Part shown: in pieces, positions 23,513 through 36,456 of the stretch
Numbering within the stretch: the stretch's first letter is position 1
How the letters are laid out: each line of letters begins with the position of its first letter
Source of the DNA: Aplysia californica
Taxonomy: Eukaryota
NCBI RefSeq assembly: GCF_000002075.1
Contig: NW_004797693.1
Location: 266,969-330,968 of the forward strand
DNA length: 64,000 nt
Reading direction: 5' to 3'
The notes under the pieces: generated by a model
Seen by the model: only the letters and a program-made list of their open reading frames with translations
The model's database searches: none
Told to the model about the DNA's origin: nothing
Position numbers and translations under genes: made by a program

Positions 23513-26051
23513 GTGAGAGGTTCTGACTGCTAATGGTACAAGTTGGCATGCAAGAATTAACCAAGTGTCTGAGATGATGAATCAAGTCCAGAGAGGTCAT
23601 GTTGATGTTTTCTCCAAAAGTTCCAGTTGCATGATTATCGTGTCTTACTTTAATGTTGTATAATATATAACATGGATGGACTTGGCATAAAAGTGATCGC
23701 AGCTGACAGAGGAAGGAGTTGATTAATTCATTGAATTGTTTTATTGGAACTAATGGGCCAAGCATTAAAATAATTGTGACATGCAGAGGAAGAGGAGAAG
23801 AGGAAGAGGAGAAGAGAAAGAGAGAGTGATTAAATTCTTTTGCCTGAGCAAGATGAGTATGCAGAGTTTAACCCAACCCTGATGCTGTTAACGTGGATGA
23901 TGTTTTTGCATTAAAAAAGAAGTGACTGAGATACATGCGAACTTATTGCCCTTCGGCTAAGGATGTAGTTGGCAGTTTTATGTGGATTTCTGGCAAAAGA
24001 ATGCTAAGGCTTGTAGTTTGTCTGCAGGCTGGCAGGGAGGGTGTATACTGGCCAGTGGTAGGCATACATCATTCCAAAGTTTAGACATGAAGAGACAGCT
24101 AAAAAAAGAGGTGTTGATGTTTGAATGTCAGAGACTTGTTTAAAGAAAGACTTCTTGTATTCAAAGCTCAAAATATAATTTTTTCTTTAAAGATCACATC
24201 ATATGGGACTATGGAATATGATTTTATTTTAAAAAGAGTTAGAGTTATAATTATGAGGTTAATGGTGTGAAAACACGAATGTCAGACAACTGTGACACTT
24301 TGATATTAATTTTATATGGCTTAATTGGATTGTACTTTATAGTCTTGAACGGAGAAGAAATTATCATTTCACAGAATTCATATCTGAATTTCATGTGTGT
24401 TGTCAATTTGAGCAATTACCTCATATTCATCTCTTTGCCAATTTTAATGAAACCACAAAGGCAAGCAGTATTACTTAGTAATTTGCGTAATGTGAAAGGA
24501 GCGAGTCTTAGTACTGAGAATACAAATGGTGGTAAAAAAGTAAAAAACTGACCATTAATCCACAACGAGGCAGTATTTGTGACTGAAAGTTTTCAGTGGT
24601 ATTCTTACGTAAACTTTGCTTTTCATTCAGCTGCTCCTACCCTTTTGTTCTAAGCTGACAGAGCTTTGCAATACACTCAAGAGTGTTCTATCCCGTGATG
24701 CACTTTTGAAGACCTGACAATATACCTTTTAACTTTCTTCTTGTTGTTGTGAATAGTGCCATGAAAACCTTTTGCAATTTTGTTCCTTTGAACTTGAAAT
24801 AAGTTTCATCCTTTAAGTTTTGCACTTATGTGTTCCTTTGGTGTCTTAAACCCGTCTGCTATGCCAACAGCTTATAATTAAGATTCAGTTTTGGGAACAC
24901 AATGGTGGCAAAATGTTCTTAATTAAAAAGATCAAATAGTAAAATTTGTATATTGAATGAAAATGCATATTGTATTGGAATAACAGGAATAAAATTGTGA
25001 TTTGAAATGAAAAGTTTGACAATGCGTTTTAGTTTGACAGACGTAAGATCCCTCATCCCCCCATCTCCACAATGCACAGAAACTAGTGTCTGGATGTGGC
25101 AACAACCAGCTGTTGCCCTTGATCATACTCTGGAGTTTTATTTTTATATTGAGAGCATTAGTTTTGATTTTTAATACAAAGTCATGCCCCCCCCTCTCCC
25201 CCCAATAATGTTTAATTAAAGAAAAGAGATATTATTGTGGTCCTAGTGCTGTTGGCAAAGCAGAATTAAAAGACAGTGGCCTGCACAAGGCACTCATGTT
25301 TTATTGTTGTTGGTTCCTAATGAATGCACTAACAGTTTTTTTCTGAAAATTGGGCATTCCAAGCAAATGCTTAAATTCATTTTACAAGAAGCTGCTTTCA
25401 TTTCTTACTTTTTAACATTTTAATGTGTATCATTTATCATTTGCTTGGTGTCCATACTTTGGTCTTGGATCAATGTTGAAAAATGAATTTTTGTTTTTTA
25501 GAAAGAAGATGGTGTCGAGAAAGACTTTTTGAATGATTGTTTTCCTCCTGATTATTTTGAAAGTAAAAGTTCTTCTTTCAAGGAAAGCACCAAAAATGTA
25601 GATGCCAATTTATTATAGGAAAGAAGCTTCGCCAAGAATAAATCAGCTGGATTTCAGAAGAAAAAAAAATTTAATGTTAAGAGTATGATTTGTTATTCAG
25701 TTGTTCCAAATTCACAAATAAGTCTTTTCCATTTAAACTTTTGTTTCTAGTGGAAAGAGGGATATAGTTCATTTCAATGAATAGAAGTAGGCGACTTTAA
25801 TTTTTTGCCCTGTCAAATGATTTGTATATCATTCAGTCGGTACTTTTCTTTTCAAAATTGTTGATACTCAGTTTGAGAAAATAATCATTCACAGTATAAT
25901 CCTCACCATCTTCTTTGATGCTGCAAGCCTTTTTAATTTTGTCCTCCCTTAAAAGACTTAGACTCTCACACCGAGGTGGTAACGGTACCCGGGGAATGTG
26001 GTGTACACGTCGTGTGTGTGTTGTATTGCCTAACCTCCCGTTGGTTTTCAG

Positions 26052-26279
26052 CCATGTAACTGCAGCCAGTCAGGCTCCGCCTCCCAGCAGTGTGACCCAC
26101 TAACGGGTGCCTGCTCCTGTCTGGAGGGCTACCAGGGCTATAGCTGTGACCAGTGCCTGGTCAGCTTCTATAACTTCCCTGACTGTACGTCCTGCGGCTG
26201 CAATGAGACGGGAGTCATTTCCGACACGTGTATCACAGGCGTGTGTGAGTGTGATGGCATGGGACAGTGCTTTTGTAAG
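26052..26279 (+). CDS. LAMA1/2: Laminin alpha exon 20, LE (PCNCSQSGSASQQCDPLTG...GQCFCK)
   Basis: tttcag / gtaatc, 228 nt, phase 0-0. Confidence 0.94.
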
Positions 26280-28432
26280 GTAATCATCGTCGGATCGGAT
26301 GGCGGACTATTATGTTGTGATCTGCGAGAAGTCAGTACAGGTGTTAATGCATGAAAAGAAAATGAAGAGTTTCTAGCAGAGCTTATATAGGTGGCTTTGC
26401 TTGCGTCCGGGACTTAGGGAGCAGATAAGGCTGTTTCATAAAAGCGAGAGTGTTCATAAGACGTTTAGAGAAAAGATTGTTGTCAAAGGTAGGGGCACTT
26501 TCTCTACAGAGTATGGTGCTGCCTTTAGTTTAGGGTGTCTGCAATGTGTTGATCCTTCTGCAGATTACATCGGGGTTAAAGGGGTAGAACGTTCAAGCCT
26601 GGGCATAAAATTATGCGTTTTTCATTGAGTTTGGAGATGGCTCGGTTATAATATTAGGATTGAAAAGTTTAGAATATGTTTTTAGCCTAAAAACGAAGTT
26701 GTTTTTAAAAAAATTCAAAATCTTGTTATGAAACAAACGATGTGTTATATTAACTTTTAACGGATCGATAGCTGTCTTTGTTCATGAGGTTAAACAATGA
26801 AACTTTTAGAAAAGTGATTCTTAACTTTGTTAGTCCTGGAGGCTTGTAGCCGTTCCAGCGATTTGCCCTTGTGCTTCCTATGGTTAGTATTCGTGTGCTG
26901 CAGGTCAAAAATTGCGTATAATGAACAATGCTAAGCTTTGTGAGTGGTGAGCTAGAGGATTCATTGTTTTAAACGGGTTTGTACTTGGCTGTGGTGTCCT
27001 CAGCTTTGAAAGAATTGAAAGAGTCATGCTAGTATTCTCTACGATGAGGCTTCTGTATCTCCTTTGAACCTTTCGCAAAAATGACAGGGTTTTTCCCCAT
27101 CTGTTTTGAATTTGTCCCATAATTAGTATGCAACCTTCTTCGAAGTAAATAGATTTAAATAGTAATTACTATGATCGCTGCTACTAATTCTTATTGATGT
27201 TATTGTTGGTTTAAAGCAAGAGCTTTGTGCCTTTCTTTGTTCGTGTACGAGCTTACTATTTTTGTAATACTAAGGCTTTGTCCCTGACCTTTTTCTATAC
27301 TCTAATAGAAGACGAAATGCTTGCTTGTTAAGCGTATGTCTATAGCCTGACAGTTAAAAGAGACTAATTATAATTAGAATAATCAAAGCTTCTGACAGTT
27401 TTTTTTATAGGTATGTTCTTGCGCTATTCAGTTGTTTGCCATTTCCTTCCTGCAAATTGCAGCTTTTTGAGCATTTTTGCATTCCCTTGCTGTCCAATAA
27501 AGACATTCATTTAGATGTGCTCGATTAACTTGATATGAATTATATTTTTTCATCTAAAATTGTTTGGTTAATTTTGGATGTTGTTCTAAAAAATGCAATT
27601 TGTGAATCAACTCAAGCTTTTTTTATGTTGTGTGTGAGAGGTACCTTTTTGGCACTAACTTTATTGTCATTCCCATTCCTTGCACGATTCTAATACTTAA
27701 ATTTCACATTTTATGTGGGCCTTGGATTACACATGCATGAAAAATTGGTGGGCACGTTGATTTTTGCAAAATTCTGACGGTAATCGATGTATTTTAGCTT
27801 TTCTCTTATGGAAACAGNNNNNNNNNNNNNNNNNNNNNNNNNNNNNNNNNNNNNNNNNNNNNNNNNNNNNNNNNNNNNNNNNNNNNNNNNNNNNNNNNNN
27901 NNNNNNNNNNNNNNNNNNNNNNNNNNNNNNNNNNNNNNNNNNNNNNNNNNNNNNNNNNNNNNNNNNNNNNNNNNNNNNNNNNNNNNNNNNNNNNGAGACA
28001 GACAAATTTACGATTGGAAGGGTGGGAACAAGAGAGGATTAGACGGAACGAGAGACAGTTAAACAGGAAAAGTACAAAATAAGCTTTTGGGAAATAAGAA
28101 GAAAACTAGTTTGAGTCTGATAGAAAGAGGATACTGATGAGAAAGAAGATATATAACTGTTCTCCAGGAAGGAAACTTGGAAACTTTTGACAGGTTCTGG
28201 CTGTGAACAAGGACATTTACTGCATAAGCGATACAGAGATTATCCTTATTTGGTGACAGTGCTGTGTTGTGCGTCTGAAGAGTAGAGCTCAAAATATAAA
28301 AAGAGTCTTATATGATTATGTTTCACAGATATTCTGATCTTAGATTATGATGTACTCTCAAATACCAAAATATTTTTTAAGCGTTCATTTTTATTTTGGA
28401 CCTACATAGAACCCCCCCCCCCCACCCCACTC

Positions 28433-28470
<38 letters not shown>

Positions 28471-28584
28471 TTAACTTTTAACTTGGGGGTACATTAACTA
28501 CTGTTATTTGAGTCCCCACACTGCACCATAGTCCTTCTTTTGTAAACTGTACATCTTAACATCTGCGTTCAGAAGTAGGCCTAC

Positions 28585-28700
28585 ACCGATGCCGGCCTGG
28601 CACCTTCAGCCTGGATGGAAATAATCCGAAAGGCTGCACAGAATGCTATTGTTTTCTCCGGGCTCAGCAATGTATGCAGGCGCCCTATGTGTGGAAAGAG
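28585..28700 (+). CDS. LAMA1/2: Laminin alpha exon 21 (RCRPGTFSLDGNNPKGCTECYCF...YVWKE); 5' boundary unresolved
   Basis: Clear LE coding sequence and gtaagc donor, but about 9 expected N-terminal codons and a phase-0 AG acceptor are absent; an N gap lies upstream. Confidence 0.85.
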
Positions 28701-28748
28701 GTAAGCTGTACACTCAAGTGAGGAAAAAAAAAGAAAAGGACTATTTAA

Positions 28749-28974
28749 CCCTATCCGTACGCCCTGGGGTCCTTTTGTACATCCGGGGTTGTATTCTTCA
28801 CATTTTAGAATACTTCTAGTTCGAAGATCTCTTTGAAACTTTCAGTTTTTCTCAAAAAATCATTTTGACAGACTGCTGTGCAAAGCGGACGGATCAGATA
28901 ATGAGTAAATTTTCTCTTTGGAAAGTAGTGGCACCAAAGACCGTGTTATAGGAAAACACAACGTACGGAGAGGG
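28749..28974. mobile_element. piggyBac-like MITE
   Basis: TTAA/CCCTATCCGTACG ... CGTACGGAGAGGG/TTAA. Confidence 0.8.
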
Positions 28975-29022
28975 TTAAAACAAAAATGCCTGCTGATTAA
29001 TTTTATTCTTTAATTGGTGGTG

Positions 29023-29081
<59 letters not shown>

Positions 29082-30356
29082 ATGCTATTGTAATTTGTGT
29101 TGATGATGTTGCTGCTGTTGCGTTTTTTTAAATTGGTCTTTTGGTGTGTCTGATTTTGATTTTTGAATGATATTGTCATTGTTGTAGTTATGTAGTACTT
29201 TTGTTTTGTTTTGTTTCCTATAAAAGTGTATATTATATGTATTTGTANNNNNNNNNNNNNNNNNNNNNNNNNNNNNNNNNNNNNNNNNNNNNNNNNNNNN
29301 NNNNNNNNNNNNNNNNNNNNNNNNNNNNNNNNNNNNNNNNNNNNNNNNNNNNNNNNNNNNNNNNNNNNNNNNNNNNTGAATGGTTGGTGAAGCCCTGCTT
29401 GAAGGTGAACATTTCTAGACAAACATTCACACATAGCTGAAAAGGGTAATCTTTCTTAAACATATTTCACTTTATTTGTATCCAATTAGAGGACTTCGTA
29501 AAACGTTATGGCACTTCAAAGGTTTACAGTAATTTTCATTCTCTGCTTTTTCTCCTATGTTTTTTTGTCAAACCTGAATCATAGCTATTTTGGTGCATAG
29601 AGGTTGTCTAACTTTTACCAAAATATTTACCTGAAATCTTAAATATATATGATTTTTTTTTCAAATCTCTGTTTTGCTGCAGTAATTGTTTACACTTTCA
29701 TAATGGAGCTCAACCACAATATGTCATTTTTATCAAAATGGCTTTAAGTGGAGATATAGTGTTTAAGCAAAACCCGGCAGGGGTAGTTGGAGGATGGCAA
29801 TGGTGGGACCAACTTCTTATTTTTCCTGAATTGTTTCGATCTGTCCGTTTAGCTTGTTCTCAGCTGTAAGACTAACTGTTATTGGGTTGAGGTTACATGC
29901 AACCGACTTTGGGTTGTTTTTTTTTTGTTTCTTTGTTTCATATTTACTTAATCGTGTAACACCAGTGGAACCGACCATACCTTTGAATGACAATATTCTT
30001 TATGTAGGGCTATTGCAAGCAGTACCCGTTTCTCTTACTCTGAAGATGACTTTATTAGAGTGTTACTTCTCAAATCTGAGGATTATAGCGATATGGAAAG
30101 TCTTTAAATGTACTATATATATATATATAGTTGCACAATACCAACCACACCAAGCTTTTTAAAATCACTAAAAATCAAGACATTCAACCTGTGGATCCCT
30201 TTTTAAAACATTGATACACAAGAGTGAGGCTCCAACAAATTTGCCCAAGAGTTTGAAACCAGTAAGTTTTGACAAATTTGACCTGTCTTGCTGTCACACA
30301 TTCAATCATTTTTACTTCTGTGACCCCCTCAATGTGCTTCTCTGTAATTCGAACTG

Positions 30357-30646
30357 ACAAAACTTGTTAGTAAGAGTAAGAGTTTTACGGCACTTGACTT
30401 GCAACACAAATAGTCCATATAAGTGCTGAAGATTAGAGGTGTTCCTAGACAGTAGTATACAAATAAAAGAAAAAGGAGAGAGAAGAACAGTAGATGTTTG
30501 ATAGGAAGAAGAAGCGAACTGCACCAGAGATTTGAAATGTTACTAGACAGTAGCATACAAATAAAAGAAAAAGGAGAGAGAAGAACAATAGATCTTTGAT
30601 AGGAAAGAAAAAGCGAACCGCACCAGAGCCCCTGCCAACCAACCAC
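30357..30646 (-). mobile_element. Family A copy, antisense, with internal duplication
   Basis: Reverse complement matches family A; middle ~100 bp present twice. Confidence 0.8.
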
Positions 30647-30686
30647 CGAACCACTTTTGTTGATAAACGATTTTTCTTGTCCTCAG

Positions 30687-30860
30687 ATTGATCTGCCGTC
30701 CATGTCAGCAGAGTTTGTCCCCCCTGGGGCTGGAGGGGAGCCCCCCTTCAAGAGGTTCGGCTATCACGTCATCAACTCCACAAAGACTGAGGTCACTTCC
30801 GAGCTGAGCAGTAGCCCTCTCTACTTTGCACTGCTCTCGGACGCTCTGCCCTCTGATATG
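30687..30860 (+). CDS. LAMA1/2: Laminin alpha exon 22, L4b (IDLPSMSAEF...PLYFALLSDALPSDM)
   Basis: cctcag / gtcagt, 174 nt. Confidence 0.88.
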
Positions 30861-31543
30861 GTCAGTGTTTAGTCAACTGTTGTCTGGAAAGATTTTTGTT
30901 TGTTTGCTTGTTTTGAGTTGAGTTTCATGAGCCTTTTCAACTCTTAAAAAAATAAGTAAGGTTTGTTATGCTTTTATTTCAGCAGCTCAGTGTAAGACTC
31001 TGTCACAAGTCACTTTTCACAATGACATATGTGAGGCATGGTGTTGAAAGCAGGCGCTTGTCAAATTAATAATGAAATGGAAGATATCTCCAGTTTGATT
31101 TTTCTAATTTTTGTTTTTTGGCTTGACACCTTTTATGTCCGTTTAAAAACATATTTCCGTGTGATTTTACAGAAAAACATTGATTAAAGGCTTGACAAAA
31201 TGTAAATTTTCAGTTTCCAAGGATTCTCAAGCTTTGGAAATCGCCAACTGTGGTGGCCATTTTCTTGCTAATTTTACCTCTGAAACCAGGCAACCCGACC
31301 TCTTTCAATCGCAAATATTTCGAGTATTCAGGAATGGTCCATTTTTAAATCAAACTTTGGATGCCCATACTACTGTTTTGCCTGATACTAACTGAATCCA
31401 GCTGATGTAATAGTGTTTTTTTCTGTATAAAGAGTACAGTTTCCAGGATATGAATTGCTATGTGTTGATGTTTCTTGGGAGAAGTTACCTGCTTCAACCA
31501 CCTGCAACTGATTATGGTTAAGATCGTTTTCATAATTTTGCTT

Positions 31544-31720
31544 GGTGGGTGGAGAGTGGGTGCTCTGATGTGGTTTGCACCTTCTTTCCTATCAAACATC
31601 CATCGTCTTTATCTGCCCTCCTTCTTTTATGTTTGTTACTCTCTTGCAACACCTTGAATTTTTGGCACTTTTTTTTACCTTATTGTGCTGCAAGTTCCAT
31701 AAAAGCTTACTAAAACAAAA
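31544..31720 (+). mobile_element. Family A copy inserted in the polypyrimidine tract of exon 23
   Basis: Exact 10-bp TSD AATTTTGCTT at 31534-31543 and 31721-31730. Confidence 0.88.
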
Positions 31721-31752
31721 AATTTTGCTTTGTTTTTATTTTTAATTTCTAG

Positions 31753-31932
31753 ACCCTGAATTATGGGGGCAAGCTCCAGATTACCCATTACTTTGAGGGT
31801 CCCAGTGAGTACCTCAGACCTGAAGATGCTGCCCCTCTCGCCGTCATGGTGGGCAATGGCATACAGATTGTGTCTCAGGTCTCCAATTTGGAACCCCTGA
31901 ATCCTGTACCGTTTGAAGTGGTTTTACACGAA
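31753..31932 (+). CDS. LAMA1/2: Laminin alpha exon 23, L4b (TLNYGGKLQITHYF...VVLHE)
   Basis: ttctag / gtaagt, 180 nt, YGGKL motif. Confidence 0.92.
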
Positions 31933-32368
31933 GTAAGTGGTGAAAGTAAAAGTTAGGTCAAAGTGATTATTTACAGTCATATTTCCCCTCAGAGGGAAAG
32001 CTCTCGTTGCCTCACTTTACCGTCGCTTTCACAAAAGAACAAACAATTAAATTTCATTCTAATTTCTCATGTATTTCTCTATTCCACCCCCCCCCCCCCC
32101 CCCACCCTTGCCCAGTCCATAACCCTGGCATGGTATAGTACTTTGTACTTCTGATGCAAATGTAACCCTATAAGAAAAAAGATAACAGAAAAATATACCT
32201 TTTAAAGGTAAATGAAAAAAGAAATAATGCATGTTAGCACACATTTGTAGCAAAAAGACACCTCCCCCCCCCCCCCCAAAAAAAAAAGGAAGAAAAATAG
32301 AAAGAAAGAGGAACCTATGCAAAGAAAAACTAGTTATATCATCCATGCCCTCTCTGTGTGACCCCCAG

Positions 32369-32490
32369 GACATGTGGCAGCTCCCAGGCCAAGTGACGCC
32401 CATCACTCGCCGGCTCATGATGGTTGTGCTGGAAAAAGTGCAAGGCTTGTTTGTGAGAGCAGTGCAGAACGGACGGGCTCAGTACTCAGA
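32369..32490 (+). CDS. LAMA1/2: Laminin alpha exon 24, L4b (DMWQLPG...TRRLMMVVLEKVQGLFVRA)
   Basis: ccccag / gtaaga, 122 nt, phase 0-2. Confidence 0.92.
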
Positions 32491-32514
32491 GTAAGATATA
32501 GTTTAGACAAAAAT

Positions 32515-32865
32515 GATAATAATGATAATAAATGTATTTATATAGCAGCGCATATCCACCCACACTCTCCAGCATGCTGTATACACTTTACAATCATTAT
32601 TACACCCAAGCAGACCCTAGAACACTCAGAAACGGTCTCGGCTCATCTGGAAGCGTATAGTGCAAGGCAAGCTGTGGATTACATGTGCTTAAACAACACT
32701 AACAATCTGACTGGATCATTTGCTGTCTATAACCGGAAATCCATTCCCACCTGAAGTGAGGAAACTTCGTGTAAAGTGCCTTCCTCAAGGATTCAATATT
32801 GGGTCCCTGCCGAAATTTGAACCCACAACCTTATGGTTGCAAATTCTAGAGCCTAAGCACTGCAA
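32515..32865 (-). mobile_element. tRNA-derived CORE-like SINE with (ATT)n tail (family B), near full length
   Basis: Minus strand GGTTCAAATT B box, TCCTTGAGGAAGGCACTT CORE-like block, tail shared with 39550-39848. Confidence 0.75.
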
Positions 32866-33538
32866 TTTCAAGCATGTGTGAGCTAGTCTGTCTTAACGTT
32901 TTGTCATTTAAAAATGACAACTGTTGTCTATTTTGAAATGTGTTTCTCCATCCCTTGCCCATCCTCATCAAAGATGATGCCATTTACTGCAGAATGGAAC
33001 CCACTAATTAAGAACTTGGTCTTCTATTTAATAACATTTGGCAGATAAGCAAAAGCTAATAGAATAACAGAAAACAACACCATCATCCTCAAAAGCAGGA
33101 AGTACAACACCAGTAGCACTCTTAATATTTATGACAACAACAACAGCAACAACAACAGCAACATTTTCTTGAGGTCACGGATAGGTGCAACAAAGACGTT
33201 TGACTCTGTTGCCCTCTCAATCCNNNNNNNNNNNNNNNNNNNNNNNNNNNNNNNNNNNNNNNNNNNNNNNNNNNNNNNNNNNNNNNNNNNNNNNNNNNNN
33301 NNNNNNNNNNNNNNNNNNNNNNNNNNNNNNNNNNNNNNNNNNNNNNNNNNNNNNNNNNNNNNNNNNNNNNNNNNNNNNNNNNNNNNNNNNNNNNNNAGCA
33401 ACAAGAACAATGAGAGCAACAACTACAAAGTTCACTTTGGGCTGAGGAGCATAAGCTAACATTCTGATGGCATTACCACCCAGTTACAAAAATAGTTAGT
33501 TGCATTATCAACATCTTTTTATATGGAATGCTAAGATT

Positions 33539-33812
33539 TAGCTTTTTGTGTATTTAAAAAGAAAAAGAAAAAAAGTACTGAGGGGGAAAAAACCCTAATA
33601 AAAAAAAAAGGATGACTTATCTGGTTTCTCCTCTGTAGTCTTTATAGGGTGGCGGAGTGGTTGGTTGGCGGGTGTTAGCTTTTTGTGTATTAAAAAAAAA
33701 AAGCAAAAAAAAGTAATGAGGGAGAAAAACCCTAATTTAAAAAAAAAATGATGACTTATCTGGTTTCTCCTCTGGAGTCTTTATAGGGTGGTGGAGTGGT
33801 AGGTTGGCGGGT
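33539..33812. repeat. Tandem duplication, 2 x ~137 bp
   Basis: tagctttttgtgtat...gttggcgggtg occurs twice. Confidence 0.85.
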
Positions 33813-33971
33813 GCTCTGGTGTAGTTTGTGCTCCTTCTTTCTCATCAAACATCTATTGTCTATCCCTCTTCTCTTTTTTTTTGTGGTAATTTATTCTCAA
33901 GTGACACCCCAAATCTTTGGAACTTAAATGACCTATTTGTATTGCAAGTGCTGTAAAACTGTCGCTAAAAC
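33787..33971 (+). mobile_element. Family A copy abutting the acceptor of exon 25
   Basis: Tail gctaaaac runs directly into ttacag. Confidence 0.85.
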
Positions 33972-33977
33972 TTACAG

Positions 33978-34098
33978 AGTGGGTCCCATCATGATTGAGA
34001 GAGCTGTGCCTCCAGCTTCTGCCCCACCAAATGCTCGACCCGCCCTTGGTGTGGAGACGTGTGACTGCCCAGACAGGTACTCTGGAGACTCTTGTCAG
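33978..34098 (+). CDS. LAMA1/2: Laminin alpha exon 25 (VGPIMIERA...VETCDCPDRYSGDSCQ)
   Basis: ttacag / gtaagg, 121 nt, phase 2-0. Confidence 0.91.
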
Positions 34099-34642
34099 GT
34101 AAGGAGGACAGAGCAGTCAGACAGCATGGTTTTTCTTTTCTTTTTTCCATTAAGGATGTATAAATCAACTGCTTAGTATGCAACTCTGTTATAGGACACT
34201 TTTCAAAATGGTGTATGGTGGAGTCTTACACTATGCAGTCGATATGTATGTGTGNNNNNNNNNNNNNNNNNNNNNNNNNNNNNNNNNNNNNNNNNNNNNN
34301 NNNNNNNNNNNNNNNNNNNNNNNNNNNNNNNNNNNNNNNNNNNNNNNNNNNNNNNNNNNNNNNNNNNNNNNNNNNNNNNNNNNNNNNNNNNNNNNNNNNN
34401 NNNNCTATGTGACGAGTATGAATTATAGCTATGAATAAAAAAAGAAGGAAGCAAATTGTGAAATACAGCAAATTACATGGCCATTAACAAAGAAACTACA
34501 CTATTGTTATCAGACTGTCAGTGAATTGAAAATAATTTTAATGATCTTGGAAAGGACCAAATGCAACTGGGGAGAGTACGAAATTATGCAGTGAGCCTCT
34601 GAGCCAAATGAGATGTGACCATTTGAGATCAAACATAGGTAT

Positions 34643-35376
34643 ATGGGTGGTTTGCAGGTGCTCTGGTGTGGTTTGCTTCTTCTTTCCTATCAAACATCTA
34701 CCGTCCTTATTTTTTCTCCTTCTTTTTTATGTTTGTTATTCTCTTAAAACACCTCTAATCTTCCGGCGCTGATATGACCTAATGCAGTTACGAGTGCTGT
34801 AAAACTCTTATTAAAACTAAACTAAAACATAATTTTGTGAGTGGTCAAACACATATTTTTGCATTAAGCATTGTGTTTTTTTTACTAAGGTGGAGTTATC
34901 TTGTGCTTTCGTTTTAATAATAATAATGACAGTTATAAGATACATTTATATATATAGATGGTGGGTGGTTGGTCGGTGCTCTGGTGTGATATGTAGGGCC
35001 TACCTTCTTTCCTATCAAACATCTGTCATCCTTATCTCCCCTCCTTTTTTTGTGTATGTTACATACTAGTAAAACCTGCAACCTTTTGCACTTAAATGAC
35101 CGAATTGTGTTGCATACAAAACTATTACTAAAACTAACCTTTCTTTGGCATATTTCCTCTAGGAAAATACTCAACATGCTTTGCTATTGTCTTTCTCCAT
35201 GGGTGGTTGGCGGGTGCTCTGGTGTGGTTTGCTTCTTCTTTCTATCAAACATCTATCGTCCTTATCTCCCCTCCTTCTATTTTGTATTTGTTACTCTCTT
35301 ATAACACCTCTAATCTTCGGCACTTATATGACCTTATTGTGTTGCAAGTGCTGTAAAACTCTTACTAAAACTAAAC
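34643..35376 (+). mobile_element. Three family A copies (34643-34826, 34959-35137, 35199-35376)
   Basis: Three near-identical units; the last has TSD tgtctttctcc / tgtctttcccc and ends about 15 nt from the exon 26 start. Confidence 0.88.
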
Positions 35377-35391
35377 TGTCTTTCCCCTCAG

Positions 35392-35532
35392 AACCCGGGC
35401 CCAGGTTACTTCCGTGTGGTTCCAGACGGCACGACCAACATTGGCGTGCCAGAGACAGTGATTGGACAGGTCAAGCCTTGTCAGTGTTACAGACACAGCG
35501 AGTTCTGTGATGCCGAGACAGGCCAGTGTTTG
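35392..35532 (+). CDS. LAMA1/2: Laminin alpha exon 26, LE (NPGPGYFRV...CDAETGQCL)
   Basis: cctcag / gtaaga, 141 nt. Confidence 0.93.
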
Positions 35533-36128
35533 GTAAGAGAAGTTCCCAAACTCATTGTTCTTGATTCTTGTACCATTTTCTTTGGGGGGTTTTTTGAGGA
35601 TATGAAACAGAGGTTTTCACTCAAGACCTTTACAAGAGGTGTACCACACACCGCCTTGGCTTTCTGTTTGCTGTGTTTAAGTCCTTCTTTTTTTTACCTT
35701 TTGACAAGTGTAAAAAAGTTAAAATTTAAAAATAAGCTGAAGTGAAATTTCAGCCATATATTTCTTGACCAAAATAAAACACTCAAAACCATCATGTTGC
35801 ATGAAAAATGAGCCATTTTTGAAAGCTTGATTTAGTAAGCAAAAAAGCCCCAAAAACGAAACGTCTTTTTCATTCAAGTTGTAGACAGCGACTGACAATA
35901 ATACACAGATGAAATGATGTTTGTTTTTCACTGGCAAAGATGGGCTTGACTTCATATCACTGGAGGGGTGAGGTGTGCATGAAGATGGCTGATCAAACCG
36001 ATCTTTGCAGGCAAATGCACGGGGACAGATGAGATGACCAGTGAAGAGAGACTGTACAAGAGAAATTTCACCACACTAAGCCCCCTCCCCATAAAAAATA
36101 AATGAGAATGAATGAATCTCATCCCTAG

Positions 36129-36256
36129 GCGTGTGAACACAACACCACAGGGCGCCAGTGTGAGCTCTGTGCTGATGGCTATTACGGCGTTGCCACGAGG
36201 GGGACACCAGATGACTGCCAGCCCTGTGCCTGTCCCTTGCCTATACCTTCAAATAA
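36129..36256 (+). CDS. LAMA1/2: Laminin alpha exon 27, LE ([14 protein letters not shown]...[10 protein letters not shown])
   Basis: ccctag / gtaagt, 128 nt, phase 0-2. Confidence 0.94.
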
Positions 36257-36456
36257 GTAAGTAGCCAGACTATTTTCTCATTTACCTTTTCAGACATTAA
36301 AAAATGTTGTAAATTTGTTTTTTAAAATATATTTTTACTTTGTTTTAAGAAAGTACATAGTTCAGTTCAAACCATTTGAATTAATTTTCTTTATTTGCTT
36401 GGTTTTTGGATTCTGTTTATGACGTTAGTCAACATATTTTTTCCCCCTTTCTACAG

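Noticed and set aside
23783-23830. Second purine-rich basic exon
   Set aside because: No polypyrimidine tract or convincing donor; simple GA-rich tract.
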